In this document: piece after piece, positions 14,516 to 28,954 of the stretch
How the letters are laid out: each line of letters begins with the position of its first letter
How positions within the stretch are numbered: position 1 is the first letter of the stretch
NCBI GenBank assembly: GCA_951406725.2
Contig: OX597823.1
Span: 36,766,001-36,830,000 of the forward strand
Source: Octopus vulgaris
Taxonomy: Eukaryota
Direction of reading: 5' to 3'
DNA length: 64,000 nt
Notes under the pieces: generated by a model
What the model was told of the DNA's origin: nothing
Seen by the model: only the letters and a program-made list of their open reading frames with translations
Database searches by the model: none
Made by a program: the position numbers and the translations under genes

Positions 14516-14555
<40 letters not shown>

Positions 14556-15772
14556 GTGTAGATTAAAATAAAAAATGAAAAAGCAAAACCTTTGACATCA
14601 CTTGAAAAAAAAACATTTGATTTAAATAGAGAGTATAAACATATAGCCTCTTACAGCTGTTTCTAGAATAACCAAACATGTGGATCAGGGTATTGAGTAA
14701 GGATTCCATAAGCTGAGTAATCTGTCATCAGAATGGGAGAAGTTAGAGAAATTTAAAAATAAAGAAATATCCAATCAAGGATATTATATTCCAGTTTGTC
14801 AAAAGTGAAGGATGAATCAGAGTAAAATGGGTATGTGTTTTGCTGTTCCATGATATGCTGTTCCATAATTAAATTGTAGGTAAGGTCCATTAGCAGTTTC
14901 AAACAAGAATGTTCAATGATAATCCATAGCAAAGAATAGAGGAAGTTACCAGTTTCATTTTTGAATGGAGTGTGAATGAGGGGTTAAGTAGGAAGAATAT
15001 ACTATAGTGTGGAGGAAGACAGACTGATAGATGTACTAATGTAGATATATACTTGTCGAGAGCATAGTTGGGGTATGCTTGTCTAAGCATACCAAAAACG
15101 TCTGATGCCAAATGTTTTGCTTTTTCAATTTTTCAATTTAATCTATATCTGCCTGCTCGAGAAGAAACCACTTCAAGCCACCTTCAATAAGCAGTCTCAA
15201 CATTACACTTTTCAATTGCATTTGAAACTGGAGCTTTAGTGGTATACCAAACTGAGCACTTATAAGTACTTACCTATTTCATAACATCAGTTGTTGAAAA
15301 CCTCTTGCATATTCTGTGTGTAATTCCAAGCCAACCACTGCCCTGTGAGAACATTTGGCAGATGGAAACTGTGTGGAAGGGTGCCACATGTGTGTGTGTG
15401 TCTTTTTTCTGTGTTTGTCTCTCACTCTATGGCTTGACAACTGGTGTTGTTTGGGTTTGTTTACATCCCCATAATTTAGTAGTTCAACAAAAGAGACGGA
15501 ATAAGTACCGAAATGAATAAAAGTACTAGGGTCAATTTGTTCAACTTATACCTTTCAAAGTAGTACTCCAGCATGGCTATGGTCCCGTGACTGAAACAGG
15601 TAAAAAAATATAGATAACAGTTATATTGTTTTCATTGTGTTATTTTACATTTCAATATGTGTGTGTATATATGTATATATATGAGAAGCTGTTTATATGT
15701 GAATATATTGATGTGTATATATGCATTATATGTATACATTCTCAAGCATATATTCTCTGTATATTCTCCATT

Positions 15773-15816
<44 letters not shown>

Positions 15817-18800
15817 CTTCCTTCTTTCCGGCATCATTTCTACTAATAGATGCAATGCTTGAGGTTGTTTTTCTTTGAATCTATAAACCTAATATAAAAT
15901 GCAAGTTATATTATTTTAAAATTTTAGATGAATCCCATTTAAATTAAATTATTTATTTATAATTATTTTCTCTTTTTTCTTTCAGCATTGAAGCGCAAGT
16001 TGATGCTTCGGCGATCTGTTACTGAACTGGTTGACCGAGGCATTTATCCACGTAAGTTGCAATTTTTTCCCCCATTCTTGTTCTTGTTGAATGTCTTATC
16101 CACTTTTTGTGGAAGGAATGTATTCCATTTATTAGGCACATCATTTGCTGTCAATGCCCACTGAGTGGAGGGAGGAGCATGTTGTAGCTGATGCAGGCAT
16201 GCCACAGGGGGTTGCAATATTTCCAACAATTCTGTGTAAGGTAGAGGTTTGACTCAGTCATTTGTACTCTTCTTTTTCTCTAAGAACTGTTGTCATAATG
16301 GAAATAAATGACCATTTCTCCTGGATAAGCTCTCACCTCTCACAGTTTTTTTTTTTTACCTTGCATAGAAAACAACAACATTTGAAACCTTGAATCCTAA
16401 ATATCAGATTGATATTCAGTGTTGAATTATTCCCTTCAACTTTTTATGAATAATATAGAGTTATGGAAAAATGGCCTTACCCTCATTACCCATAGAAGAA
16501 ATTAGGATGTAGGTATCTTTGAAAACACAATTTAAAAGTGGACTACTCGTTTGTTGCTGCAGGTGACAATGGCAGCCTCAGTTGGTCTGCAGAGTAAAGC
16601 AGATAAAACACCAAACCCAGCTGCAGCTGGATAAAATTATTTAGTGATAAAGCTAATCATACAAATAAAATTAATAACCCTTTCTACTATAGGCACAAAG
16701 CCTGAAATTTGGGGGAGGGATATAGTTGATTATATTGACCCCAGTGTGTCACTGATACTTAAGTTATTGATCCTGAAAGGATGAAAGGTAATGTTGACCT
16801 CAGTGGAATTTGAACTCAGGACGTAGCGACAGACGAAATATCACTAAGCATTTCACCCAACATGCTAACAATTCTGCTAGCTTGCCACCTTAAAAATAAT
16901 AATAATTTTGAATTTTGGTACAAGTCAGCAATTTCAGGGGTTGGGGTAAGTTGATTACCTCTACCCCGGTGTTCAACTGGTACTTATTTTATCAACCTTG
17001 AAAGGATGAAAGACAAAGTCAACCTCAGTGGCATTTGAACTCAGATTGTAAAGACGGATGAAATGCCACTAAACACTTTGCTCAGCTTGCTAATGGTTCT
17101 GCCAGCTCACAACAACAATAGCAGTAATAAACTAAAAGGGGAAGGCAAAAATCCTCTGGCACTTTGACTTCCAAACAGACAAGGTATTAGAGCACCAAGG
17201 GCGGGATATAGTAACCTTTTGGAGGGACAAACAAGAGTGCCTTCCAATTGAGATTGCTAAGATGTGTCAGCTATGAGAGTCAAGCATAAAGGTTATCCCT
17301 ACTGTCATTGTAGCATTGGGTTCAATACCACCCAATCTGAAAACTTTAGAAATACCCTACAATCTGGGTGTATAGCAAAAGTCAGCATTACTTGGAACTG
17401 CATGCATATTGTGTAAAGTACTTTCTGTCTGAGGTCCTTGTTGTGACTTGACAAACAGTCAGACTCCCGATAGACACAATATCTTCAGTCAACAACCTCA
17501 CGATATTGTATACTGTGTGATGTCTATAATAATAACTAGCAGGCATACCCGGCATTGCCTGGGGCTGTTTGTTAAGTATGCCTGGTCAGCATAGTCTCCC
17601 ACAAAGTAGAGCTGAAGAAACTGAGGTGGGGCAGCGTCATGCGGCTGCAGGGAACCAATTCTATGGTAAATCTGCCCCTGCACTTTAAAGGAAGGCATGA
17701 AATGCCCATCTTGTATGATGTTGGCGCTGAAGGAAGTCATTTAGAACACGCAGTTGTAGGCATGTATCTGCTTGAGAAAGTCATGACAATAAGGAGATGC
17801 CCCTGTCAAAAGGGGTGGAGCAGCACATGCTGGGAGTTGAGGAAGCATCTCTTGTAATTTGATCTGCATGTTGTGCTGCAGTGTTTGAAGCTTGTGCTGC
17901 AGCAGTAGAAGAAGCATTTCTTGTTCAGTGTGCTGAACATTGCTCATTGCAGCTTGTTGCACAGCAATACATGCTAACTGATCACAATGCTGCTCTTCAC
18001 TTTCCCTTCTTCGCACTGAGGCCATCCTAAGTACATTGAGAGAGTTCCTCCTGGCGGCATCCTCAGCAGATTTATTTGCACACATACGTTTACTTTTCTT
18101 TGCAGCATTTGTTTGCCAACCTATATTGGTGGAAAATTATCAGATTACACAACAGAAAATGTCCTAAGTAAAAGTGGTGAACGTGTATCACCCAAAAAAT
18201 AGTAAAATGTAGTTTGCAAAAATGTTAATCAAACAGACCGAATTAAGGATTTTTTTATTTTGCTTAAGAGTTTTGAAGTGGTTAGTTTAAGTTGGAATAA
18301 TTATATAAAAAAGAGCGCTCATGTGAAAACAGAGGCAAATCGTAACTTGCAAATGAATACTGCTGGCAGTACTGTGCAAGCAGTCGATAAGAACTCGCCA
18401 CAGCTGACAAAGTAAAGTATTGATTTTTTTCCAGCTGGGTGTGTGTCACGTTTTTTTTTTTTTGCTGGCTCAAGCAAAATTGTTGGTGAATTTAGAATAA
18501 TCTATTTATGTTGGGGGCATGGAATTTCGAGGAAAAAATTATAAGAAAAAGCGTCCTCAGTCAAAGAGAGCACACATGTCAAATTTGGTGAAATTCAGTT
18601 GAAAATTGTAGGAGTAGAAGTGTTTCACACAACACACACACAGGCAGATAACTTGCCTTTTAATATATATAAGATAATAATAATAATAATAATCCTTTCT
18701 ACTAAAGGCACAAAGCCTAAAATTATGGGAGAGAAGACTAGTCGATTACATTGACCCCAGTATTTCACTGGTACTTACTTTATTGACCCCCGAAAGGATG

Positions 18801-19998
18801 AAAGGCAAAGTTGACCTCAACAGAATTTGAATTCAGAACATAGTGACAGGCGAAATACCACTAAGCATTTTGTCCAGCTTGCTAACAATTCTGTTAGTTC
18901 ACAGACTCCTCCTCCTCCTCCTTCTTCTTCTTATAATAATAATAATAGAATATGCTTTTAACTACATTTATGAGTAGGTATTAGTTCCAAGACCTGCAAT
19001 GAAAAATCAGGCTGTATATCAGAATTAAGTAACTCTTTTAGCGTGATTTACACTGTAGTTGACTCTGAAATATTGACTGATAGTTGTAATGTCAATTAAT
19101 ATGGCAATACTAATGATTATGAGAGCTTAGTGCCTAGAAAAAGTTGATTGATTATCTCTAATGGTCATAAAACGATTTTTAAAAAAAATATTTTATATTA
19201 GGTGCAGACGTGGCTGTGTGGTAAGAAGCTTGCTTCCCAACCACATGATTCAGGGTTCAGTCTCACTGTGTGGCACTTTAGACAAGTGTCTTCTACTATG
19301 GCCTCAGGCTGACCAAAGTCTTGTGAGTGGATTTGGCAGACAGAAACTGAAAGAAGCCTGTCATATATATATATGTGTGTGTGTATTGTGTGGGTTGTGT
19401 GTTAATGTCCCTGTAACTTAGCAGTTTGGCAAATAGGCTGAGAGAATAAGTAGTAGACTTAACAAAAAGTAAGTACTAGGATCAATTCATTCAACTAAAA
19501 GTTCTTCATCATGCTGGTACCTCAGTATGGCTGCAGTCAAATGACTAAAATAAGTAAACGATAAAAGATTATGGGTTTCTTTAAAAAAAAAAAAAAAGTA
19601 ATGCAGGATGTTTAATAATCAGTTTTATTTTTGTTTTGTTACTGTATCTAGTATTGAAATAAGTAGGTGAATACTAGTTGGTGTTGATCTTCAAAGTGAG
19701 GTAATACTGTAACATGTTCCAGATGACTCACCCCCCCCTCTCTCTCTGTCTCTCTCTCTCTCTCTCCCTCTCTTTATCTTTCTATCTCTCTCAAGCTTCA
19801 ACCTTTGCTTTCTCTCTCTCAAGCGTTGCTTTCACTTCCATTTCTGAAGGAATCTATACCTTAGAATGTTTTCATAATCTACTTCTTGAGTTAAAGAAAC
19901 AAAAAGTTTTGAAATGGGGTGGGGTGGGGTGGGGGGGCGGCAGACATTACAAAACACAACTGAAATCCTGCATTGTGTTTAACGGAGATTTAGCTATT

Positions 19999-20034
<36 letters not shown>

Positions 20035-23000
20035 CATAGGCTTGTGTATGTACACATACACTTGTGATTTTACATATACAAACATAGATACATGTATATA
20101 GACCTATACATGCAAACACACACACACACACACACAATATATATTTTATGCCAGCTCACAGGCACACACACATATATATGTACATACACACACATACAAT
20201 TGAATGCTAGCTTTCCAAACTACTAATCACTCTTTTATCAATTTATGTAATTTTTACTTTATTTAATTCTGTTTTTAATATGTTATTAATACTTCATTTG
20301 TTGTTGTTGTTGCAGCTCTTAAAACACCTCCTGCATATGCAGAACAAAGAAAGCAGCTGGAACGGGCAAAGGTAGAGTACTTCTGCTATTATAAAGCTGT
20401 CTACCACTAATAAGACAACCATCCTCTCCAAGACCACCCTCACTGCTCCCTTCCTCTTCTTATTGCTTTTTTTTTTCTTCTAGGGAAAGGTTATAACGAT
20501 TTACAACTTGGTCTGTTTTATGTTGACTTTATATTGGGTGTTTCACATGTTTTTATATACACACACAGCAAATATATATATGCACATGTGTGTATGTGAA
20601 AATGAGAAGGTATGTGTATGTGTTGCTTTAGATTTGTTCTAGTTCTGAGACAAACAGACAACCATGTGTTCTCAAGCACATATGTACAGTGAATCACTCG
20701 CACACATATATATACTTGTACAAAACAACATAAACATAGATAAGCACTCATTTACCCAGATGCATGCTCACAACATACATGCATAAACAGATAAATCCTC
20801 GCAGAAATGTGCACCCGTCCAAACCCAGATATGTGCTGTGAAATTCTCCTTTAGTTGAGGTGTCTTAGTTTAAGGTTAGTTAGCTGTTTTGACATCAACA
20901 CAAAAAAATATTGTTTAAATAAATATCAAACATGAAACAGTGAATTGTTGTTCTCAACCCTCTTTTGTTTTCACTTCTGTTATCCAATGCCTACCATGAC
21001 CTTCTCTACAAGATCATCTATTCTCAGTCAATAGACCTGGTTTTTAACAGTTACATAATGGAATATCTGTTAAATTATTGGTTCTTTTAGTATGAAACTC
21101 TCAACAGTTTTGATGTATGAGGAGAACATGAAGCTTCTTATAAACTAACAACATTCTTCTTCCTAACAGTTAAACACCATTGCTATTAGATTTGTTGATT
21201 TTATTCATTCCTCTTACCATGTCGAGCTTTTAGGGTTCTCTCACCAACTCCTGTTCTGGTCCTCTCTGTTGAAGCTGGGCTCTCATTGTCAGTTCAGTCT
21301 GAAGAGAATGTGTATCTAATTATATAGATCCATATATACAATTAAAGAATTATGTAGTGCTACAAATGTGGGTTTTACAAGGAGTTGATGACGAAACAGT
21401 CAAATTGAATTTCTCTTGTAAAAAGTTCTCTCGTTTTTTTTTTCAAATTTAAAGTTGGCTCCTCATTAATTGATTTCTGTAAAAATTGGAGGAGACTAAG
21501 TAAGAAAATTACTCTACATTCATCATCATCGTTTAATGTCTGTTTTTGATGCTGGCATGGGTTGGATGGTTTGACTGGGGACTAGCAAGCCACGAGGTCT
21601 CACCAGCTTCCAATCTGATCTGGCAATGTTTCTACAGCTGGATGCTCTTCCTAACACCAACCACTCTGAGAGTGTAGTGGGTGCTTTTTATGTGCCACTG
21701 GCAGGGGAGCCAGTCAAGTGGTACTGGCATCGGCCACATTCGGATGGTACTTTTTACATGCCACCAGCACAGGAGCCACTCGGGGCGGAGCTGGCATTGG
21801 CTACATTCGGATGGTTCTTTTTATGTGCCACCAGCATGGGGAGCCAATCAGATGGCACTGGCAATGATCTATGCATGCATGGTGCTTATTGTGTGCCACC
21901 AGTATGGGAGCCAGTCAGGTGGCACTGGCATCGGCCACAACTACTATTTCCATTTGATTGTGATTAGATTTGATTTGGTCTTTTCAAGCACAGCATGTTG
22001 CCCACTGATTCAGATGTAGTTTTTAAATGGGCTGGTTATGCAACTCTGGTGTAGGCTACGGCTGTGATCTCACCTTACTCGCTGGGTTTTCTCAATCACA
22101 GCATATCTCCAGAGGTCTCGGTCTTTCGTCATTGCCTCTGTGAGGCCCAACATTTGAAGGTCATGCTTCACCACCTCATCCCATGTCTTCCTGGGTCTCC
22201 CTCTTCAACGGGTTCCTTCCACTGTTAGGGAGTGACACTTCTTCACACAGCTCTGCTCATCCATACACAGCACATGACCATACCAGCGCAGTTGTCTCTC
22301 TTGCACACCACATCTGATGCTTCGTGTGTCCAACATTTCTTTCAGGGTGCTTACACTCTGTCGTGTGTGCATACTGACATTACACATCCAGCGGATCATA
22401 CTAGCTTCATTTCTTTCAAGCCTATGTATGTCTTCAGCAGTCACAGCCCATGTCTCACTGACATGTAGCATAGCAGTTCGCACACATGCATCATACAACC
22501 TACCTTTCTTTCTGAGTGAGAGGCCTTTTGTCACCAGTAGAGGTAAGAGGTTTCTGAACTTTGCCCAGGCTATTCTTATACTAGTGGCAACGCTCTCATA
22601 GCATCTACCCCCACTACAGACTTGGTCATCAAGGTAGTGGAAGCTATCAACTACTTCTATTTTCTCCCCGTGGTATGTGATGGAGTCAGTTTTCTGAGCA
22701 TCTGTGGTGTTTATTGCCCCATGCATCTGCTGCACACAAAAGCTATCTTCCCAGTTAACCTTCCTTTGATGTTGCTGCACCTCTTATGTCTCCATAGCTT
22801 ACACTGGGTACATCTTATGAAGTTTCTGCCAATGCCTTTTCTGCTGATCGAGCAGGGCCACCTACTTGAAGGGGTTTGTGATGTGTTTGCCTTCCTACTT
22901 ACTAGGACTTTTTTTTTTCTAGATTGACTCTAAGGCTCTTCGATTCTAAACCTTGCTTCCACATCTGAAATTCCTTCTCTAGTTCTGGTAGTGATTCCAC

Positions 23001-26000
23001 TATGGAAACAAGGTCATCAGCAAAGAGGAGCTCCCAGGAATAACCTGTCTTGAATTCCTCTGTTATAGCCTGAGGGTTGATCCTTGGTGGACTCCTACTT
23101 CTACCCTGAATTCTTCACTATACTCATTGCTGACCCTTACCTTACTAGTGGCATCGCTGTACAGGGCTTATTAACCACTCATCAATCCCCAGTTTCTGCA
23201 TCACCCACCAGATAAGGGATCGGTAGACCCTATCAAAAGTTTCTCCAAGTCAACAAAAGAAAAATATAGGGGTTTATCTTTGGCTAGGTATTTCTCCTGC
23301 AGTTGCCGTACCACTTCAAAGAGAATGAGCAATGTTTTTGACCTTTACAGGCTCTCCACAAACTGAAAGAATGCATTGTTGGCTAAATAAACTAAAAACA
23401 CCCTTCTCTTCTCTATCACAGCTGAATTGTGCTCCCACAACATATGGCTGAAATCAACACATATGTGGTGCTATAAGCCTTCTTTGCATTAATCATTGCT
23501 GAAACTTTTCAGTGTTTACAACAAGCATCAGCTGAGTAGTTCAATGTTGCCCCTATGCAGTAGCGTAACCTCTACAAAGTAAAAAGAGACCTGGTTTCTG
23601 TAAGCTATTGGAGTTCCTCTAGGATAGAGTGATTCAATAAAGATTGTTCCTCTAGGTTCAATAAAGATTGTTTAGATCAGTGGTCCTCAACCACTTTTTA
23701 TCTATGCACCTGTTTGATCACTATTTTATTCTGGTGGACCCCCATAGCTGTTCAGTGTTTAAAAACTAGTTTTGTAGATGCTTCTTTCGAAATTCCTATT
23801 TTGTTTCTCATCCATTCACTCGTGTTGGTTTGCAATAGCTAGATCTGAGAGAAAATTTTTCAGTGGTCAGAAACATGTTGAATAGTGTAAAACATTAGAG
23901 AAAAAAAACAAAAACTGTGCTGTTTTCTGCAATAGATACATCTAAAGCAAAATTTTTCCTGGACCCTTAAAATACCACCATTGATCTTCAATTTACTATT
24001 TTGCTTGCATGGACCTTGAAAATCTTATATAAACCCTGAGGGATCATATGGGCCCCAGTTGAGAACCACTAGTTTAGATTGATTTCTTAGGAATTGTTGA
24101 TTAATGGTAGTGAGTATTTCAAATGTTAGAGATATGAGATAGGGGTTGGGTATTGAGTGGTAGGAAATTAGGAATATAGGCAAAGGCGGGAGTGAGGAGT
24201 CCAATACAACAAATGTCTAATGAGATGGCATAAAGTTGAGACAATCCTTAGGATAATAATATAGAAAGGCTAGATAGAGAGGATAGAATTGAAGAAAAGT
24301 TGGATTTATATATCACATTTATAGAATATATGTTTATTCCTGCATGTTCGTGTGTGGGTGAATACACGTGCATGTGCACAAGCTTGTGTTACATTTATGT
24401 ACACATATGCATACATGTATATCCATACACCTATGTAAATACATACACATACTCTGACCTAAACAGAAGTGAAGCAAGAAAATAATTTTTCAAAAATACA
24501 TGAATATTTGAAAAAAGTGTAGAAATAGTTAACAAGGTTTTAACTAATTTTCAGTCTAATGTTTTGAACAAGTTATATTGTTTATATTATTAAAAAGGCA
24601 TCATCTATAGCCCTTAGTTGTTAACTACTGCTCTCAAGTTATGTGTGTGGGTGTGTGTGTGTATGGAGGGAAGGGCAGTATGTGGCTTATTGCCAAGATT
24701 TTTTTTATCAGCTTTCACAGTGGCACTCTGCCAAAATCCAGGTGTTTTCTGATTTGCTTTTGATGATTTGTGGGGAAAAAAATGCACCATAGAAATTGTC
24801 TGAATGCATTATCTGAACATCAGTCATTATATATATAAAATGTGTGTGTATTTACACACATTCACTGACCCCCCCCCCCACTAATACTTATTAAATTAAA
24901 ACATACATTAGTATAGAGGCATAATGCCAAGAATAATTACCGAGGGAGATGATAGGAATCGAGCTCTCATATCCTCTTGTTATTGATAAAGATATGTCTA
25001 TGTGTGTGTTGCATGGGAAAGAAGGGCACAATCAAGAAAGAATTAGAAGTGCATTGTGACTAGTGTGTATAACAACATCTGATTGTCTGGTTGATACAGG
25101 TGATATATAATTATTTTATCAATGTATACATTAGAGACAGTATTAGATTAAACTAATGATGTGTATAATATTTATAATGTTGGTACAAATGTAAAATAGT
25201 GCTGCTAGCTGTAGTAGTTAGTCTCAGAGAAACTTCCCTTGAGAGAGACAAACTACAGCAACTAGTAGAACTGTTCTATATTTCTATTAACATTATAATT
25301 ATGATTATTTGAATATGTTATATTACTAATATCATCTACTATGTTTTAATACTTCTTTTTCAATAGTTGCAGGGATTGGATGGGTGTCTCAAACCTGGTC
25401 ATTAGACTCTCTCTTGTGTGTTTTAGGTTTCAATTTTTCTATCCCAGAGATTGAATTAACACTTTAAGAATCAAGAAAATATAATCTCCTCTTTAATCTA
25501 GACATTATATTGATACTCCTTTTAATATTCCTGAAATGCAGTTGAGTCATTGGCTATCTCAACATAATGGATAAACTCTAGAATTTTTAAATTTCTAGAT
25601 TATCAAAATTATTTTATTTTCTTCCATAAATTTCAATTCCTTCATCTCATTAATAGCCACACTGTTCTGCAATTTATTTCTTGTGCATATTTTCCAATCA
25701 AACAATAGACAGCTAAAATTCATATTTACCTCAGTATTTACTTTGATCTCTCTGTCTTTCCAAGTTCTGGTTTTGTTGATACCTTCAACTTCAGTGTTTG
25801 ACTGGTACATTGTTTTATTGTCTCCAGAGAGATAAGTGGCAAAGTTGACCCTGGTGGAATTTGAACTCAGAGTATAATGAGTCAGCAGAAATACTGCTAA
25901 GTATTTTGTCCAGCTCTGTGATAATTTTGTGGTTGAGCATTGCCAGTGCTTTAACAAGCAAAGAGAAACAAAAGATCAAAGTCAATCTGAGTTGAAAGAA

Positions 26001-28920
26001 AAAGAACAATGAAGCTCTACTCTTGTTTGGCATTTTAATATTTCCTCCCATCTAAATTAGTAATAGTTTATGTGGCAACATTTTGTCAAGTGGTTCTACA
26101 CACACATATTTTAAAATAAATTTTGTCTAAGAGGGATGGGCAATAGCCTTAAGTGTTTGCAGCCATAGGCTAGCGAAGTTGATAGGTTTTGATATTTAGT
26201 TTTAAACATCTGTTGGTTAATGTCTACAAAACAAAGTCAGTGGTGGTGATGGCACAGGCATGGGTGGGGGTGGGGGGATGATAGGATGAAAGAAGATTGA
26301 GACAGTCTGCTTGAGATAAAGGGCAAATTACTTGTTGATTCAGAAGGGCAGGAATCATTGTAGTTGCAGTTAAAGAAGTTAGGTGGATGGAATCTGTCTG
26401 GGGAGTTAAGAATTCTCTATCAGCTAGATGGTCTGTCTATTCTGTGTGTAGCACAGCTGCACTGATATGTGAGCAGTACTCTAATGTATCAAAATGGTTG
26501 GTGTGGGTATTGGAAAGATGGGTTGTGGTGGAGTTTAGCCAGAGGAGTGTGTGTGCGTGTGAGGGGAAGGGGCATGGCTGCAAATGACATGCCTGTGTGT
26601 ATGGATGGCCATAATGTTACTTAGTTTGATGTGTCTTCTCAAGTACAGCAAACTGCAAAAAGTCTGTCCCTTGTCATTTCCTCTGTGATATTCAACATCT
26701 GAATATCGTTTCTTACCACTTTGTACTACATATTCTTGGGTCTACTCCTTCCTCAGGTTCCCTCCTTAATTAGAGACTGGCACTTCTTTATGTAGCTGTC
26801 TTCATCCATATACATCACACCACCTTGCAAATATAGCCTTCTCTCTTGCACACTACATCTGATGCCTTGTATACTCAATTATTCTCTTAAATCATATACA
26901 CATTATCATACATGCACACTGACATTACCCATCCAGCAGATCACGTTGGCTTCATTTCTTTCAAGCCTTTGCATGTTCTCTACACTCGCAGCCCATGTTT
27001 CACTGCCATGTAGCATAGCTGTTTGTATACAGGCATCATACGACCTGTTTATCACTTTGAGGTAGAGGCCCTTTGTTACCAACATTTGCACTTGGTATAC
27101 CCAGTGGAGTTTCTATCAAGACCTTTTCTACATATCAAGCAGGGTCATCTTCTTGAAGGGCCTAGTGATTTGTCTGTTTTCCTACTTACTTGGACTAGCC
27201 TTTGCTGAATTAACTCTAAGGCCCTTTGTTTCCACACCTGAAATTACTTCTCTAGTTCCGATAGTGATTCAGCTATAAGAACAAGGTCATGAGCATAGAA
27301 GAGCAATAAGGGTAGTAAGTCTTGAATTCCTCTGTGATAGCCTGGAGGACTATGATAAACAGGAGTGGGCTGAGAACTAATACTTGAACTCCTACCTATA
27401 CACTAAATTCCTTGCTATAATCATTACTGATTTTCATCTTACTAACACCATCCCTGTACATGGCTTGTACAGCTCTCACCAACCATTCATCCATCCCTAG
27501 CTTCTGCATTGAACACCAGATAAGGGAGCAGGGGTCTCTGTCAAAGGCTTTCTCCATGTTGACAAAAGCCAAGTACATAGGTTCATTTTTGGCTGAATAC
27601 TTCTGAAGTTGCCTTACCAGGATGATTGCATCAGTTGTACTTCTTCCTGACACAAAACCAAACTGCATCTCATCTAGTTAACTCTCTTCCTAATTAATCG
27701 AGCTATGACCCTTTCTACAACTTTCATGTCTTGGTCCTCCAATTTGATACCTCTTTAATTATTTCTGTTTAAGGTGTCATCTTTACCATGTAGCAGTTGA
27801 TTATAATACTGCTACTGTTGTTGGGTATGACCCCCTCATGAATAACCTAATTAGCTATACAGGTGACTAGGCCATATCCCACTCTACCAGTTATTTTAGG
27901 CAGTAATTGCTGATGGGCTTGGAGTTTTCCCTATTTTCATATCCTTAATTGCTTTATCCATAATAATGTTGTAAACGCTGATGGCTGGTCCTTTACTTGG
28001 GTTCACATCAAGCAGACTATCTTTCTCCCATGCATTCTCAACATTTAGCAGCCTTTAATTTTGACACTTCAAACTTCTTTCTTTGTAGAATCACTAACTG
28101 CAAGTGAACCATCTTCCAATGTGAACGTACTTCTACAACATCACTAGTTTGTGCGCGTGTGTGTGTGTGTACATACAGACAGTCAATGACACACACAAGT
28201 ACAAATGTATATATACATGCACACACCCGATTTTTAAAGGCACCTGCCCACTCTGTAGCAGATGGTGGAAAGTTGTGATAGCTAAGGTTTTAGTAATAAA
28301 GAAAATATTAACAGCAAGCATTTCCAGCTTCTCTCTTGTCTTGTGAAACTAGCTTTGAAGAGGCCATTGCTCTGGCATTACATCTACAAAATCTTCCACA
28401 AATTTCTACTGCTGCTTCTTTTCATTTCCTCCCTCCTCTCCCTAACAAACCCTTCCCCTCTCCTTCGTCTCCCCACATATCTATCAAAGTGCTTTGGATA
28501 GTTGCCTTGCTGTTATGTGTAAGTATCTAGGAATGTCAGCTGATAGCATCAGGTTACCATATGTGATTTGTTGTTGTTGGCTTGCTGAGGGCTTTTTTTT
28601 TTCTATATCTACTTAATCATTGAGGACATCTCATCTTTTAGAACCATTTCCATACTTTCTGTTCTATTTAGCCCCAGGTCAGTTAGCTCTGATCAAGCTG
28701 ATTCTATCATCAAAATTCATTCCAACTGTAAAAGTCTCATTTCTCTCTTTGTAGTGGTTTCCATGGGGACTACATTATTTAATGTGTCCCATTTTTCTGT
28801 GACACACTGTATCTAGAACTGTATTTTACAATATGCTTTCCTTTTTAAGATACGGTGATTTCACTGCTATTTATAGCAGGTCAAGCAACCTCAAGGTGTT
28901 TCTGTGTATGTGTGTGTGTA

Positions 28921-28954
<34 letters not shown>

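Noticed and set aside
18120-18129. CArG boxes (CCTATATTGG here; CCATTTTTGG near 43127 and at 45791) as SRF/MRTF autoregulatory sites
   Set aside because: Several CC(A/T)6GG matches are expected by chance in 64 kb of AT-rich DNA, and two of these lie inside transposon relics.
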